DNA from: an uncultured Nitrososphaerota archaeon
GTDB lineage: Archaea; Thermoproteota; Nitrososphaeria; Conexivisphaerales; DTJL01
Assembly: GCA_963842885.1 (NCBI GenBank)
Contig: CAWJIE010000004.1
Span: forward strand, 160,001-224,000
DNA: 64,000 nucleotides
Direction of reading: 5' to 3'
Part shown: piece by piece, positions 8,551-20,400 of the stretch
Position numbering within the stretch: position 1 is the first letter of the stretch
How the letters are laid out: each line of letters starts with the position of its first letter
The notes under the pieces: model-generated
Database searches by the model: none
What the model saw: the letters and a program-made list of their open reading frames with translations, nothing else
What the model was told of the DNA's origin: nothing
Program-made: the position numbers and the translations under genes

Positions 8551-10347
8551 ATGTCCGCCCTCAACTGGCGCACTCGGCCCAGCGCGATAGGAGGTCTTCT
8601 TGTCGACACGGCCATGGGTCGATCCCATGCCGACACCGTCATCAGTCATGCCCGACTCGTCAACGTCAACACGGGCGAAATAGAGGAGGATGTAGACGTG
8701 GCTGTCAAGAGGGACAGGATAGCCCTCGTGGGGGATGCCCGGCACACAGTGGGCCCTTGGACCCACGTCATAGACGCGAAGGGGAGGTACCTTGCACCCG
8801 GCCTCATCGACTCCCATATGCACATAGAGAGCTCCATGGTCACGCCCACCCAGTTCGCCAGGGCGGTGCTCCCCAGGGGCACGACGACGGTCTTCGTTGA
8901 CCCTCATGAGATTTGTAACGTCAAGGGGTTGGAGGGGGTAAGGTACATGCTGAAGGAGTCGCTCTTGCTTCCGCTGAAGGTCTACTTCACGCTTCCGTCA
9001 TGCGTGCCTGCGCTTCCGGGATTCGAGTCGGCGGGAGCTGCCATCGGCCCCCCCGACATCGTTAGAGCGTTGAAGTGGCCCACCGTCGTCGCCCTCGGGG
9101 AGATGATGAACTATCGCGGGGTCCTCGCCCGCGACCGGAAGGTCATGGGGGAGATACGGGCGACACTTGAGGCCGGCATGCTGGTGGAAGGGCATTCCCC
9201 CGGACTTCACGACCGGTACCTTTCGGCCTACGTGGCCGCGGGCATCACATCCTGTCATGAATCGACGGGAAAGGAGGAGGCCATAGAGAAGCTGAGGAGG
9301 GGGATGTACCTCCAGGTCAGGGAGGGCTCCGCATGGCTGGACCTGAAAGAGAGCATCAGGGCTGTGACGGAGGGCGGGGTGGACAGCCGCCACGTCTGCC
9401 TAGTGACCGATGACAGGGAACCCGGCTCACTTGTGAAGCAGGGGCATATGGACCACGTGGTGAGGAGGGCCATCGAAGAAGGCGTGGAACCTGTGGAGGC
9501 CATCCAGATGGCTACCATCAATCCTGCCGAGCACTATGAAATGGGACGCTTCCTTGGATCGATCGCCCCCATGAGGAGCGCTGACCTGGTCCTCCTTTCG
9601 TCCCTAGAGGAGTTCAAGCCTTCCCTTGTGATGGCGGACGGCAGGACTGTCGCCTCCGAGGGTCATCTAGTCCTCCCCATCCGGCAACCGAAGGTACCAC
9701 GGGGGATGGTGGAGTCCATCCATCTGAAACGTCTTCCCGTCCCGGATGATTTCGCTGTCAGTGCCCGCAAGGAGAGAGGCACTGTAGAGGTCAGGGCAAT
9801 CGGAGTTACCGGGGGGAGCGTGTACACCAGGGAGACGGTGGAGGAGGTGACGGTGAAAGACGGCCTCGCCGAGATATCCCGATCGAAGGACGTCCTGAAG
9901 GTGGCCGTGGTGGAGAGGCACCACGCGTCTGGAAGGAAGGTCGTCGCGTTTGTCAAGGGATTTGGGTTCAAGGAAGGAGCCGTCGCTTCGACGGTCGCCC
10001 ACGATTCACACAACCTCCTGCTCATCGGCGCTGACGAAAGGGACATGGCCTTCGCTGCGAAGGCTGTCACGGAACAGGGAGGTGGGATGGTCGCCGTGAG
10101 AGGGGGCCAAGTCCTTGGCGCGATAAGGCTACCCGTGGCGGGACTGCTGTCGGACAGCCCGGTCGAGGAGGTGGCCGAGCAGGCGGAGGGACTCCTCCAA
10201 GCCTGGCGGAGCATGGGCTGCGAAATGGTGGAGCCCTTCATGACCATGTCCATGGTCACCCTGACGGTCCTCCCCGAGCTCAGGCTGAGCGACAGGGGGC
10301 TGCTGAACACCAGGGAGTTCAAATTCGTAGAGCCTGTGCTAGGGTAG
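8551..10347 (+). CDS. ade: Adenine deaminase (amidohydrolase family)
   Basis: 'PGLIDSHMHIESS', 'DPHEI', 'LGEMMN', 'REGS', 'VTDD', 'STVAHDSHN'. Confidence 0.93.
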   Translation: MSALNWRTRPSAIGGLLVDTAMGRSHADTVISHARLVNVNTGEIEEDVDVAVKRDRIALVGDARHTVGPWTHVIDAKGRYLAPGLIDSHMHIESSMVTPTQFARAVLPRGTTTVFVDPHEICNVKGLEGVRYMLKESLLLPLKVYFTLPSCVPALPGFESAGAAIGPPDIVRALKWPTVVALGEMMNYRGVLARDRKVMGEIRATLEAGMLVEGHSPGLHDRYLSAYVAAGITSCHESTGKEEAIEKLRRGMYLQVREGSAWLDLKESIRAVTEGGVDSRHVCLVTDDREPGSLVKQGHMDHVVRRAIEEGVEPVEAIQMATINPAEHYEMGRFLGSIAPMRSADLVLLSSLEEFKPSLVMADGRTVASEGHLVLPIRQPKVPRGMVESIHLKRLPVPDDFAVSARKERGTVEVRAIGVTGGSVYTRETVEEVTVKDGLAEISRSKDVLKVAVVERHHASGRKVVAFVKGFGFKEGAVASTVAHDSHNLLLIGADERDMAFAAKAVTEQGGGMVAVRGGQVLGAIRLPVAGLLSDSPVEEVAEQAEGLLQAWRSMGCEMVEPFMTMSMVTLTVLPELRLSDRGLLNTREFKFVEPVLG

Positions 10348-10377
10348 AACAGAAAACAGAAACGTTGAAGCGAATGC

Positions 10378-11694
10378 CTACTTGACTTCGACGTCCTGCT
10401 TTTCGGTTATTTCCTTGACGATGCCAGCCGCGACTGTCCTGCCCGAGTCCCTCAGCGCAAACCTGCCCAGTTCAGGGAAATCCTTGTAGGTCTCTATGCA
10501 GATGGGCTTCAGTGGTTTTATCTTGACGATGGCAGCGTCGCCCGTCTTCAGGCTCTTCGGCTTGTCCTCGACTACCTGTCCCGTGCGCGGATCGATCTTC
10601 GACACCAGCTCGCTCACCGAAGCGGCTACCTGCAAAGTATGAGCGTGGAGGACCGGCGTGTAGCCGGCCGCGATGGCCGTCGGGTGGAAGACCACGATTA
10701 TCTGGCCTATGAATTCCTTGGCGACTGTGGGCGGCGCGTTCGTTGAACCTACCACGTCTCCCCTCCTGATGTCGCCCTTGGCGATTCCCCTAATGTTGAA
10801 GCCGATGTTGTCGCCAGGTATGGCCTGCGGGATCTGGGCGTGGTGAGTCTCGATGGTCTTCACCTCACCCTTCACGCCGGCTGGCATGACGACGACCACG
10901 TCGTTGGGCTTCATGACGCCCGTCTCAACCCTGCCGACGGGGACGGTCCCTACGCCGGTGATGGTGTAGACGTCTTGAATGGGAATCCTCAGAGGCTTGT
11001 CGGTGGGTTTCGCCGACTCCACGAGCATGTCCATGGCTTCGAACACGGTGGGGCCCTTGTACCACGGCATGTTCGGGGATTTCGTGATGAGGTTGTCTCC
11101 CTTCCAGCCGGAGACGGGGATGATGTTCAGAGATTCAACCTTGTAGCCCACCTTCTTCAGGAGAGCCGACGCCTCGGCCTTCACTTCCTCGAACCTCTTC
11201 TGGTCGTAGGGTGTAGGCGTTGTGGCGTCCATCTTGTTGATCAGCACGATGAGCTGGTTGACGCCGAGGGTCTTCAGCAGGAAGGCGTGCTCAACGGTCT
11301 GGCCTCCCTCACCCAGGCCCGCTTCCGTCTCTCCGGGCTTCGATGATATGACGAGGACAGCCGCGTCCGCTTCGCTGGCTCCGGTAATCATGTTCTTGAC
11401 GAAGTCCCTGTGTCCGGGGGCGTCGATAAGCGTGAACGTATACTTCTTGGTCTCGAACTTCTGGAAGGCGAGGTCGACGGTGATCCCCCTCTCCCTCTCC
11501 TCCTTGAGCTGGTCTAGGACCCATGCGTACTTGAAAGTGTCGCCTCTGCCTGTCTCCTCAGAGCTCTTGGCGTATTCGTCGATGAGACGTTGGTCGACGA
11601 CACCAAGATCGAAGAGGAAGTGACCCATGGTAGTCGACTTGCCGTGGTCGATGTGGCCGGTCACTACTAGGTTCAGGTGTGTTTTCTCAGGCAA
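10378..11694 (-). CDS. tuf: Translation elongation factor EF-1alpha
   Basis: 'GHIDHGKST', 'ERERGIT', 'DAPGHRDF', 'NKMD', 'LGRFALRD'. Confidence 0.98.
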   Translation of the reverse strand: MPEKTHLNLVVTGHIDHGKSTTMGHFLFDLGVVDQRLIDEYAKSSEETGRGDTFKYAWVLDQLKEERERGITVDLAFQKFETKKYTFTLIDAPGHRDFVKNMITGASEADAAVLVISSKPGETEAGLGEGGQTVEHAFLLKTLGVNQLIVLINKMDATTPTPYDQKRFEEVKAEASALLKKVGYKVESLNIIPVSGWKGDNLITKSPNMPWYKGPTVFEAMDMLVESAKPTDKPLRIPIQDVYTITGVGTVPVGRVETGVMKPNDVVVVMPAGVKGEVKTIETHHAQIPQAIPGDNIGFNIRGIAKGDIRRGDVVGSTNAPPTVAKEFIGQIIVVFHPTAIAAGYTPVLHAHTLQVAASVSELVSKIDPRTGQVVEDKPKSLKTGDAAIVKIKPLKPICIETYKDFPELGRFALRDSGRTVAAGIVKEITEKQDVEVK

Positions 11695-11759
11695 CTGTAT
11701 GCACCCTAACTAACGCATAGCAACACGGAGGATATTATTTAAGGTTTAGTGCGAGGATT

Positions 11760-12354
11760 CTAGCGTGAAGAGAGCGCGATGCGCTCCTGCTCCGACTTCT
11801 TCTTCACAGAGAAGCTCGACCCGTCGTTGTTGGCAGCAGCGATGAGCTCGTCCGCCAGCACTTCCTCCACCCCGCGCTGAGACGAAAAGGCTGCCTCCCT
11901 GACCCCTTCGGCGATGAACCTGAGAGCCAGGTCGATGCGGCGCAGCGGCGCGACGTCCACCGAAAGGTGATAGACGACGCCACCGTAGCTGATCCTCGTT
12001 GTGTCTTCGTTGGGAGCGGCGTTCTCGACGGCTTGGACAAGGACCTGAACGGGGTTCTCGCCCGTCTTCAGCTCGACGATTCTCGAGAGCCGTGCGGACG
12101 ATGTTCATGCTCTTCTGCTTCTTGCCTCCCATCCTGCCGGTATTCTTGGCGTGCTTCCGTCCAAAGTGCATCAGAGAGTTGGCCAACCTCTCGACGATGC
12201 TGACATCGGCCTTGCCGAACTTCTTGTGCTCGTGGCGACCGTGAGTGTGCGGGATGACGGAAGGTCGCAGCGAAAGGACCCGCTGCAGCCCCACGTCGGT
12301 GACTTCAATCTTTGCGAGGTCCCATTTTCCGAAAAGCAAAATCTTGTCGGCCAC
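11760..12354 (-). CDS. rps7: 30S ribosomal protein S7 (uS7); single-base frameshift near 12085
   Basis: N-part 'LLFGKWDL...SIVERLANSLM' joins C-part 'ENAAPNEDTTRISYGG...VDVAPLRRIDLALRFI...ERIALSSR'. Confidence 0.93.
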
Positions 12355-12361
12355 GAAGCAT

Positions 12362-12802
12362 CTACCTCTTGGGTTTCTCTTTGCGGCCCACGACGAGCAT
12401 GCCCAAAGAGACACCGTTGACGGTGGATACCTGCCACCGGACCCCTGGGATGTCTCCCATGGCCCTCCCTTGAGACCCGCCGATCCCTTCGATGACGACC
12501 TCGTCGTGTTCGTCGACGTAGTTCAGCGCGCCGTCGCCCGGGAGAAAGGCAGTGACCTGCTTGCCGTTCTTCACAAGCTGCACCCTCACGCACTTTCTGA
12601 TGGCGGAGTTGGGCTGCTTGGACTCGACGCCCACCTTCTCAAGAACGATCCCTCTAGCCTGGGGGGAAGCCTCCAGCGGGTCCGCCTTCTCGTCCAGTTT
12701 CAGCATGCGCCTTTTGTAGTACTTGTTGGACCAGCGATGCTCCTGCCTACTGCTCTGAAGCTTGCGGGCAGCGAACTCGCCTCTCGGAGACTTATGGGCC
12801 AA
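12362..12802 (-). CDS. rps12: 30S ribosomal protein S12 (uS12)
   Basis: '[15 protein letters not shown]', 'GDIPGVR'. Confidence 0.98.
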   Translation of the reverse strand: MAHKSPRGEFAARKLQSSRQEHRWSNKYYKRRMLKLDEKADPLEASPQARGIVLEKVGVESKQPNSAIRKCVRVQLVKNGKQVTAFLPGDGALNYVDEHDEVVIEGIGGSQGRAMGDIPGVRWQVSTVNGVSLGMLVVGRKEKPKR

Positions 12803-12861
12803 GCCTTAGTCACCAACCCGCTGACATGCGTCCATATAAGATTTAGGTCTCAAAACGCGTT

Positions 12862-13305
12862 TCACTGGGTGATGATGTGTATGTGCTCAATCCCGAAGTA
12901 ACGTTTCGCCAAGATTCTCGCGCGCTCGGCGTTCCGGCCCCCCCGTCCGAGGACGGCCCCCTTGTTCTTGGCTGAGACGGTGACGATGCCAACCTTGGAC
13001 CCGTCCGCCTTCTCGTTAACCTTGGCGTCGATGACGTTCCTTGTGCCCAGGGCGTTCTTTATGAATTCGCGAGGGTCATCGGAGTATTCGACCAGCTCGA
13101 TGGGCCTTGCGATGACGTTCTCGAGGTTGTCGATGGTCTGGCCCTTCTTCCCTATGGCCTGCCCCATGAACTCCTTCTCGAGGACGAAGATGATGCGATC
13201 ACCAGCGGGATCGATGACGCAATCCCTGGAGCTGACGCCGGTTACGTTCTGGAAAATGGCCATGAGGCCGAGCTCTTCGGACGTGAGTTTTATTTCAGGC
13301 GACAA
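12862..13305 (-). CDS. nusA: Archaeal NusA-like KH-domain protein
   Basis: KH motifs 'GQAIGKKG' and 'GAVLGRGG'; conserved position between rpl30e and rps12. Confidence 0.92.
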   Translation of the reverse strand: MSPEIKLTSEELGLMAIFQNVTGVSSRDCVIDPAGDRIIFVLEKEFMGQAIGKKGQTIDNLENVIARPIELVEYSDDPREFIKNALGTRNVIDAKVNEKADGSKVGIVTVSAKNKGAVLGRGGRNAERARILAKRYFGIEHIHIITQ

Positions 13306-13354
13306 ACCAACATCTCAATCCTAAACAAACGAAGCTCGTTTCACTACCTGTTCT

Positions 13355-13696
13355 TTAAGCCTTTTGCTCTGCGGGGGCCTCGGGGGCCCCAGAGCCTAGC
13401 AGCTTGCCGACATCGGCGTCCCCGGCGCTCTTAATGGAGAGCACCTTGACCGGGAACGACCTGCCGGCCGCTGCCCCGAGGGTGACCGCAGAGTCTTCGA
13501 AGACCACCAGGGGGACCTCCGCCTCCTTGCAGGCCTGCTGGACCGCCTCAAGTTCTTCGCTTCGCAGAGAGTTCGATATGACCACCAGCTTCGACGTCTT
13601 CAATGTGCGTAGGCTGGCTCGCTCGCCCAGGACCACCTTGCCAGACTTCATGGCAACCTTAATCACGGATGCAACGGCTTTGTTGTCCATTTTCAT
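13355..13696 (-). CDS. rpl30e: 50S ribosomal protein L30e
   Basis: 'SGKVVLG', 'LGAAAGRSFPV'; operon position. Confidence 0.88.
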   Translation of the reverse strand: MKMDNKAVASVIKVAMKSGKVVLGERASLRTLKTSKLVVISNSLRSEELEAVQQACKEAEVPLVVFEDSAVTLGAAAGRSFPVKVLSIKSAGDADVGKLLGSGAPEAPAEQKA

Positions 13697-16600
13697 TCGC
13701 CACCTTTCATGTAGATATCAACCATTCCAGTGCCAACTGGTATGGTGGAACCCACGATAACGTTTTCGGTCACGCCCCTGAGCTCCTCCGTCTCCCCCCG
13801 TGCTGCCGCTTCGGCCAGAGTCGGGACGGTGATCTCGAAGGCTGCCCTGGCTAGGACGCTCGTCTTCGAGCCGGCTATGCCGTGCCTGCCAATCTGCTGC
13901 AGGATGCCCTTGCTGGTCATCAGGTCCGCCACCAGGAGGATGTGACGCACGTCCACCTCCAGGCCCTGCTCGTCCAGTGTATTGAGTATCTCCCTCACGA
14001 TGGCGTTCCGTGCGGCTTCGACGCCGAGGTTCATCGCTATCTCGTAGATGTTGTTGGTCGTGGTCTTGGTCGAGTCCACTCCCGGAAGCTTGAGCACTTT
14101 GCCGAGGTTGGATCCAGCGGTCTGGACCATCCACTCGTCATCCTTCTGAACCACCGAGACGCTCGTGATTCCGGGAACCCCCTTGACCCTCGTGTTGAGG
14201 GTCTTGTCCCTGACGCTCACGGCGGCCTGGTCCTCGAAGTTGTCGACCAGGATCTTGAAGAACCTGCCCTTTTCGTCCACCTTGGTCTTGTTCTTGGGCG
14301 ACTTGATGACGGAGGTTATCGTCTCCACCGTGCATGCCCTCTCTGCCATCTTCTCCGAGTCAAAGACGAATTCGAATGCTATCTCCTGGTAGTCCTTCTT
14401 GACCTGCTTGACCATGTCTCCCAACTTCGTGAAGAGTATCTCCCTGGCAACTTCCAACGCCTTCTCCTGACTGGCCTTGTGTTCCTCGTCCAAGTAGATG
14501 TCCATGGTGGGGGTGCTGGGCTGCTTGCGTGCGTCCACCAGCTCGATGAGCCTCGGCAGACCCAACGTGACGTCCCTCTCCCTTACGCCCGCAAAGTGGA
14601 ACGTCCTGAGGGTCATCTGCGTTCCTGGCTCGCCGATGGACTGCGCCCCGACGACGCCCATGGCCTCACCCGGCTCCACAAGAGCCCTCTTGTACAGCGC
14701 CACGGTGGCTTCGCAGACGGCCTTGGACGCCTTCTTGCTGAGCTCGCCCTTCTTCAGGGCCTCCTCGAGCTCCTCGGCCAGCCTCGGGTTGAGTCTGTCG
14801 ACGTACCCCTTAACGAGGGACTTCGCTTCGTTTTCCTTTATCCTGACAAGTGTCTTGTCGTCAAGGAGCTCTTGGGAGTCGATGAGCCTATCCACGTTGA
14901 CGGCCTTCCCGTGGTCGCTCTTTGATGGATCCACGCCGTCCTCTCCGTATCTGAACTGGATGAGGTTGCCTTGGGGGTCCCTCACGGTGGAATCGTACTC
15001 CACCCTGATGTGCTCCATGGCGTTCACAAGCCTCCTCTGCATGTAACCGCTCTGCTGGGTCCTGACCGCCGTGTCCACTAGGCCTTCTCTCCCACCCATC
15101 GCGTGGAAGAAGAACTCGATGGGGTCGAGGCCCTCGCGATAGTTGGACTTGACAAATCCATAGGCGTCGGGGTTCTTCTCAAGCTGCTTGAAATGAGCCA
15201 GAGCCCTGTGATAGTAGCCCCTCGTGATACGCTTTCCGCGCACCGACTGCTGCCCGACCGTCGCCGTCATCTGCCCGAGGTTGAGCGACGAGCCTCTGGC
15301 CCCCGTCTTTGCCATGATGATGCCCGCGTTCGTGTCCGGGAGGCTCCTCTCAACGACGCGTCCGGCGTGATCCCTGGCCAAGCTCAGCTGGCTCATGATG
15401 TACTGCTCGAGGGCCTGTTCCGGCCTGAGGCCCTTTATCAGGGGGAGCTTGCCCGCATCGTACTTCTTGTAGAGATCTCCGACGTTAGTATATGCAGTCC
15501 CGATGATGTCGTCGATTTCCTTCACGGCTTCGCCGCTGAGCTCCAGCTCGTCGAAACCAAAGGAGAAGCCCACCGACGTGATGTAGGCTCTGAGAATCCT
15601 AAGTATGGAGTTCAGGAAGGTCCTGGCAGCGTCCGTGCCATAGTCCTTCACTATCCTGTGGAGGATGGTATCTGGCTCCTCAGCCCCGATGGAGGCCTTG
15701 TCGATGACGCCAGATTGCAACACGCCACCCATGACGACGACGTCCTTCCCCTTCTTTCCGCCTTTGGCCTTGAACCACTTCGACGTCAACACATAGTTGA
15801 AATCCTTGGGGAGGAAGAGGCTGAAGAGCTGCCTGCCGGTGTAGAGCTCCTCGGGCTCCTTCTTCTCGGGAGGTGGGAGCTCGCCGCTGTAACCTCCGGC
15901 GTAGGCCAGGTTGGAGAACTGCGTCTTAGTAAGGAAGACACCGTCCTTAGTGAGGAGGAAGGCTGCAGTCAGGAAGTCCCTTATCGCTCCAATGATGGGG
16001 CCGCCGTACCTGGGGGAAATGAGCTGGTCCTGCACTCTCATGAGCGTGAGGGCCTCGGATCGCGCCTCTTCTCCCTGCGGGACATGGAGGTTCATCTCGT
16101 CCCCGTCAAAGTCGGCGTTGTAGGGAGGACAGACGGCGGGGTGAAGCCTGAAGGTCCTGTACGGGAGGACCTTCACGAAGTGTGCCATGATGGACATCCT
16201 GTGCAGCGAAGGTTGGCGGTTGAACAGAACGACGTCGCCGTCGCTGAGGTGGCGCTCCACCACGTATCCCGGAGCCAGCGCCTCGCTGATAGCCTGCCTG
16301 TCTCCAGCGAACTCGAGCCTGATCTTGACGCCGTCGGGTCGAATGATGTAGTTGGCGCCCGGATGCGTCGTAGGACCGTTAATCACGAGCTTCTTCAGGT
16401 GCTCGATGTTCCAGGAGGCCACCTTCTCGGGGATGGTGAGCTTCTTGGCGACCTCGACTGGGACACCCACCTCAGATATGTCCAAGCAGGGGTCAGGCGA
16501 GATGACGGTGCGGCTTGAAAAGTCCACCCGCTTCCCTGAAAGGCTTCCCCTGAAGCGTCCCTCCTTGCCCTTCAGCCTCTGGCTGATGGTCTTCAGCGGC

Positions 16601-17487
16601 CTCCCGGACCTGTGATGGGCCTGGGGGATGCCGGAGACCTCGTTGTCGAAGTAGGTGGTCACGTGGTACTGGAGGAGGTCCACAAGGTCTTGCACGATGA
16701 GGGGCGGCGTCCCCGACTCCTTGCTTTCCCTGACCCTCTGGTTCACCCTCAATATGTCCACGAGCTTGTGGGTTAGGTCGTCTTCCGATCTGATGCCGGT
16801 TTCCAGTGTTATGGAGGGCCTCACTGTCACAGGTGGCACGGGCAGGACCTGGAGGACGAGCCATTCCGGCTTTGCCGACAGCGGGTCGAAGCCCAGCAAG
16901 ATCAGGTCTTCGTCGAGTATCCTCTCCATGCGTTCCCTGATGGCCGCGGGAAGGAGGCGGACGGCGCCACCTTCATCGTTGATCTCATGGAACAGGTGAG
17001 GTTTGGTAAACTCGACCTCCAGCTTCTTCTTGCCGCAGTGAGGGCATACCTTGGCCTTCTTTGCCTTGGCGACTATCTCCTTCGATATCCGCTCGACGAT
17101 GTTGGGTGTCGTATATCCCTTGACCGTGATTTGCTCTCTGTATGCCTTGACTTCGTCCTCGGGGAGCAGAACTCTGCCACAGCTGCGGCAGGTGGCCACC
17201 AGCAGCGTGTGGGTGATCGTGACGAACGCCACATGGAGGACGGGCTCGGCCAGCTCGATGTGGCCGAAGTGGCCGGGGCAACGGGCGCTGGTATTGCCAC
17301 AGGTGCCGCACTTCTGGCCGGGCTCCAGCACGCCTAGGCGGCTGTCCATGAGGCCTCCCTGCACGGGCATTCCATCTTCGTCGTAGGTCTCCGGGACAGT
17401 AATCTCGACGGTGGAGTACTTCCTGACCTCCGAAGGTGAGAAGACGCAGAAACCGATTCCGCCGACGGTCTTTATCGCTTCTTCCAT
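13693..17487 (-). CDS. rpoA: RNA polymerase subunit Rpo1, A' and A'' fused in one 1264-aa ORF
   Basis: 'NADFDGDEMN', 'QSGYMQRRL', 'GEPGTQMTLRTFH' and C-terminal 'ENVIVG' in one continuous frame. Confidence 0.97.
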   Translation of the reverse strand: MEEAIKTVGGIGFCVFSPSEVRKYSTVEITVPETYDEDGMPVQGGLMDSRLGVLEPGQKCGTCGNTSARCPGHFGHIELAEPVLHVAFVTITHTLLVATCRSCGRVLLPEDEVKAYREQITVKGYTTPNIVERISKEIVAKAKKAKVCPHCGKKKLEVEFTKPHLFHEINDEGGAVRLLPAAIRERMERILDEDLILLGFDPLSAKPEWLVLQVLPVPPVTVRPSITLETGIRSEDDLTHKLVDILRVNQRVRESKESGTPPLIVQDLVDLLQYHVTTYFDNEVSGIPQAHHRSGRPLKTISQRLKGKEGRFRGSLSGKRVDFSSRTVISPDPCLDISEVGVPVEVAKKLTIPEKVASWNIEHLKKLVINGPTTHPGANYIIRPDGVKIRLEFAGDRQAISEALAPGYVVERHLSDGDVVLFNRQPSLHRMSIMAHFVKVLPYRTFRLHPAVCPPYNADFDGDEMNLHVPQGEEARSEALTLMRVQDQLISPRYGGPIIGAIRDFLTAAFLLTKDGVFLTKTQFSNLAYAGGYSGELPPPEKKEPEELYTGRQLFSLFLPKDFNYVLTSKWFKAKGGKKGKDVVVMGGVLQSGVIDKASIGAEEPDTILHRIVKDYGTDAARTFLNSILRILRAYITSVGFSFGFDELELSGEAVKEIDDIIGTAYTNVGDLYKKYDAGKLPLIKGLRPEQALEQYIMSQLSLARDHAGRVVERSLPDTNAGIIMAKTGARGSSLNLGQMTATVGQQSVRGKRITRGYYHRALAHFKQLEKNPDAYGFVKSNYREGLDPIEFFFHAMGGREGLVDTAVRTQQSGYMQRRLVNAMEHIRVEYDSTVRDPQGNLIQFRYGEDGVDPSKSDHGKAVNVDRLIDSQELLDDKTLVRIKENEAKSLVKGYVDRLNPRLAEELEEALKKGELSKKASKAVCEATVALYKRALVEPGEAMGVVGAQSIGEPGTQMTLRTFHFAGVRERDVTLGLPRLIELVDARKQPSTPTMDIYLDEEHKASQEKALEVAREILFTKLGDMVKQVKKDYQEIAFEFVFDSEKMAERACTVETITSVIKSPKNKTKVDEKGRFFKILVDNFEDQAAVSVRDKTLNTRVKGVPGITSVSVVQKDDEWMVQTAGSNLGKVLKLPGVDSTKTTTNNIYEIAMNLGVEAARNAIVREILNTLDEQGLEVDVRHILLVADLMTSKGILQQIGRHGIAGSKTSVLARAAFEITVPTLAEAAARGETEELRGVTENVIVGSTIPVGTGMVDIYMKGGE

Positions 17488-17499
17488 CTCAATACACCT

Positions 17500-20400
17500 C
17501 TATACCTTGTCCTTCAGCTTGAGACGCGGCGCGATGACCAAGCTCATCATCTCCTGCAGCAGCAACTTGAAGGCATACGCTACGGTGACGGTGGAGATCT
17601 TGCTCGAATCTCCATCCACCTTGCAAATGTACTTGCGCTGCCTGGAGTCGTAGTAGGCGATCAGACCACACTTCTCGCAGATGTGGACCTCCGTCTTGTC
17701 GGACTCCTCCAGGAGCCTGTCCTTCAGGACCATGGCGGCGCCATAGGCTATGAGACAGTCCCTCTCCATCTCTCCGAACCTCAGGCCTCCCCCCCGGGCC
17801 CTGCCTTCCGTCGGTTGCTTGGTGAGCATCTGCACCTGACCGCGGGCGCGAGCATGGATCTTGTCGGCCACCATGTGGTGGAGCTTCTGATAGTAAACGA
17901 TGCCGGTATAGATGTCGGCCGGGTACCTCTTACCCGTGCGCCCGTCATACATCACTTCCCGGCCCGACGGCAGGAAGCCGAACTGCTTTAGGATGCCCTT
18001 GATCTCCGAGGGCTTCTCTCCGAGGAAGGCCGTGCCGTCCACCGCAGAGCCTCTCAACGCCGCTGCCTTGCCAGCCAGCGACTCCAGGAACTGGCCCACG
18101 GTCATCCGCGAGGGAAACGCGTGGGGGTTCATGATGACGTCTGGAACGATTCCCTGTTCGGTGTAAGGCATGTCCTCCTGGTTGACCAGGAGTCCCACGA
18201 CCCCCTTCTGGCCGTGTCTGAGAGGCGAACTTGTCGCCCAGCTCAGGGATCCTCTGGTCCCTGACGCGTATCTTGTATATCTTGTTCCCTTCGACGGTCT
18301 GCGTCATAAAGACGGAGTCGACGACGCCGTTCTCGCTCGGCCTCACCGCGATAGAGGTGTCGCGCCTGTAGGGACCCTTCACCTCGAACTCCTTGTATTC
18401 CTCCATGAAACGGGGTGGGCTCGTCCTTCCTGCCAAGACGTCTCCTCCGGAGACCACGGCTTCGGCCATGACGACCCCGTCGGGCTCGAGGAGCCGGTAG
18501 AACTTCTCACCCCTGAAGCCGCGTATGTTGGCGTCGGCGTTGGGAAGTTCAAACTTGTCCTTCATTCCCCCGAGGTACTGCTGGGCCTCGGCCTCGTAGA
18601 GCCTGTAGAAGAACGTGCGACCCAGGCCTCTGTCGACGCTGGACTTGTTCAGGACAACGGCGTCTTCGATGTTGTAGCCTTCGAAGCTGAGGACGGCCAG
18701 CACGGCGTTCTGACCCATGGGCCTTTCGTCCATGTCGATCAGCGTATGCGAGCGCGTCTTGACCACGGGGACCTGAGGGTAGACGGCGAGGTGCTGCCGA
18801 ACGTAGCTAACTATGCCGAAGTTGGAGGTGGAGAAGCCGAGAGCCTGCTTGGCCATGGCCGACTCGTAGGTGTTCCTTGGGGACTGGTTGTGCTCCGGAT
18901 ACGGGATGAGGGAACCCGCCACGCCCAGGATGGCTGGCGTGTAGAGCTCGAGGTGCGTGTGTTGAGGGGTCAGGTCCCGGGCATCCAGGGCGATGTAAGC
19001 GTTCTCCTCTTCATTGGCGTCGATTATCTCGAGCACGCCCTGGGAGACGAGGTCGCGCCAGCTGAGCATCCCCGTCTTGACCTTCTCGATCATGTCGGGC
19101 GTCACCTGCGGCCTGCCGTTCTCGACGACGATTAGAGGCCTAAGAACCCTGCCTGCGCTGGCCGAGACGTAGACCCTGACCGTAGCGTTGGGCAACTCCG
19201 GCTTGTAGACATATATCGAGACGTCGGAGGGGATTTCGCCCCTGCGCCGGAGCCTCCTGAAGGCAGAGGCGAGGCGGAAGGCGTCGTCCACATAGCCCAC
19301 CATCCTGCCGTCTACGAAAACCTTTGCTCCTGTCTCCTTCAGCTCTGGAGTCGCTTCGCCGTATCTCACGACGCCGAGCGTGAAGGGTTTGTTGAGCACT
19401 TCATGGCTAGACGACGTGACCGAAATGATGGCCGAAAGGGCCAAGTTCTTGACCAGGCCGCAGTTCGAGCCTTCGGGGGTTTCGTTGGGGCATATCCTGC
19501 CGAAGTGAGTCGAATGGAGGTCCCTTGCTTCGAAGTTGGGCTGGCTCCTGCTGAGGGGCGACTGGATGCGTCTCAGATGGCTCAAGGTCGAGAGATAGTT
19601 TGTCTTGTCCAGAAGCTGCGTGACGCCCACCTTCCCCCTTCCCCAGTTGCCTGTGGCGATGGCGTTGGCCAACTTGTCAGTTATGATTCCGGGACGGATA
19701 GCCGCGCCGACGACTGCGGGCCCCCGCCTCTGGCCTACCCTGTCCAGCTGATACTTCATGTCCCGCACCATGTTCCTGAAGGCCGTGCGGAACAAGTCGG
19801 CCAGCATCTGGCCGGCGAACTTGATGACCTTGTTCCCGTAGTGGTCCTTGTCGTCCTGGTCGATGTATCCCAGCCGAAGCTCCAATAGCTTGCATGCGGC
19901 TTCGCCAAGGAAAGCAGCCTTGTCAAGCCTGTTGGACGGCTGCCGTCCAAGGTGGGGGAGGAGGTACCAGTCGAGGAGCATCTCAGCCCTCTTCAGCCTC
20001 AGCTCGTCCATCATGCCGTGGGCTACCCTGTTGCCTATGTACATCAAGGCGTCCTGGGACGTAAGCGCCTCAGAGGCCTTCTCGAAAGTGGTCTCCAGCT
20101 GGTTCTGTATGAAGCTCTTGACTGAGACCATGTCGGCCACCTCCTTGTCGGTGTTGATGCCGAGGGCCCTGAGAACGATTACGAATGGAAGGTCGACGGG
20201 GGAAGCCGGAAGCTTGACATACAGTGCGCCGTCAGGCTTGAGCTCCAGCTCGAGCTTGGACCTGTATCCCACTATCGAGGAGTAGATCTTGGCCTTGTAA
20301 GACGTCTTGCCGCCGCTCTTGTCGGTTTCGACCAGGATCTTGTTGGGCGAAAGGTCCTCCAGACCCACGATGACCCTCTCGGAGCCGTTGATGACGTAGT

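Noticed and set aside
15103-16518. Long antisense ORFs (also 58276..59310, 18170..19135, 13882..14925, 33483..34148 and the 5' part of 33464..34636)
   Set aside because: Shadow ORFs opposite well-supported genes, expected from GC-rich codon bias
17500-18198. Split RpoB (B'/B'')
   Set aside because: The break falls inside the invariant KFASRHGQK motif, not at the natural euryarchaeal split point
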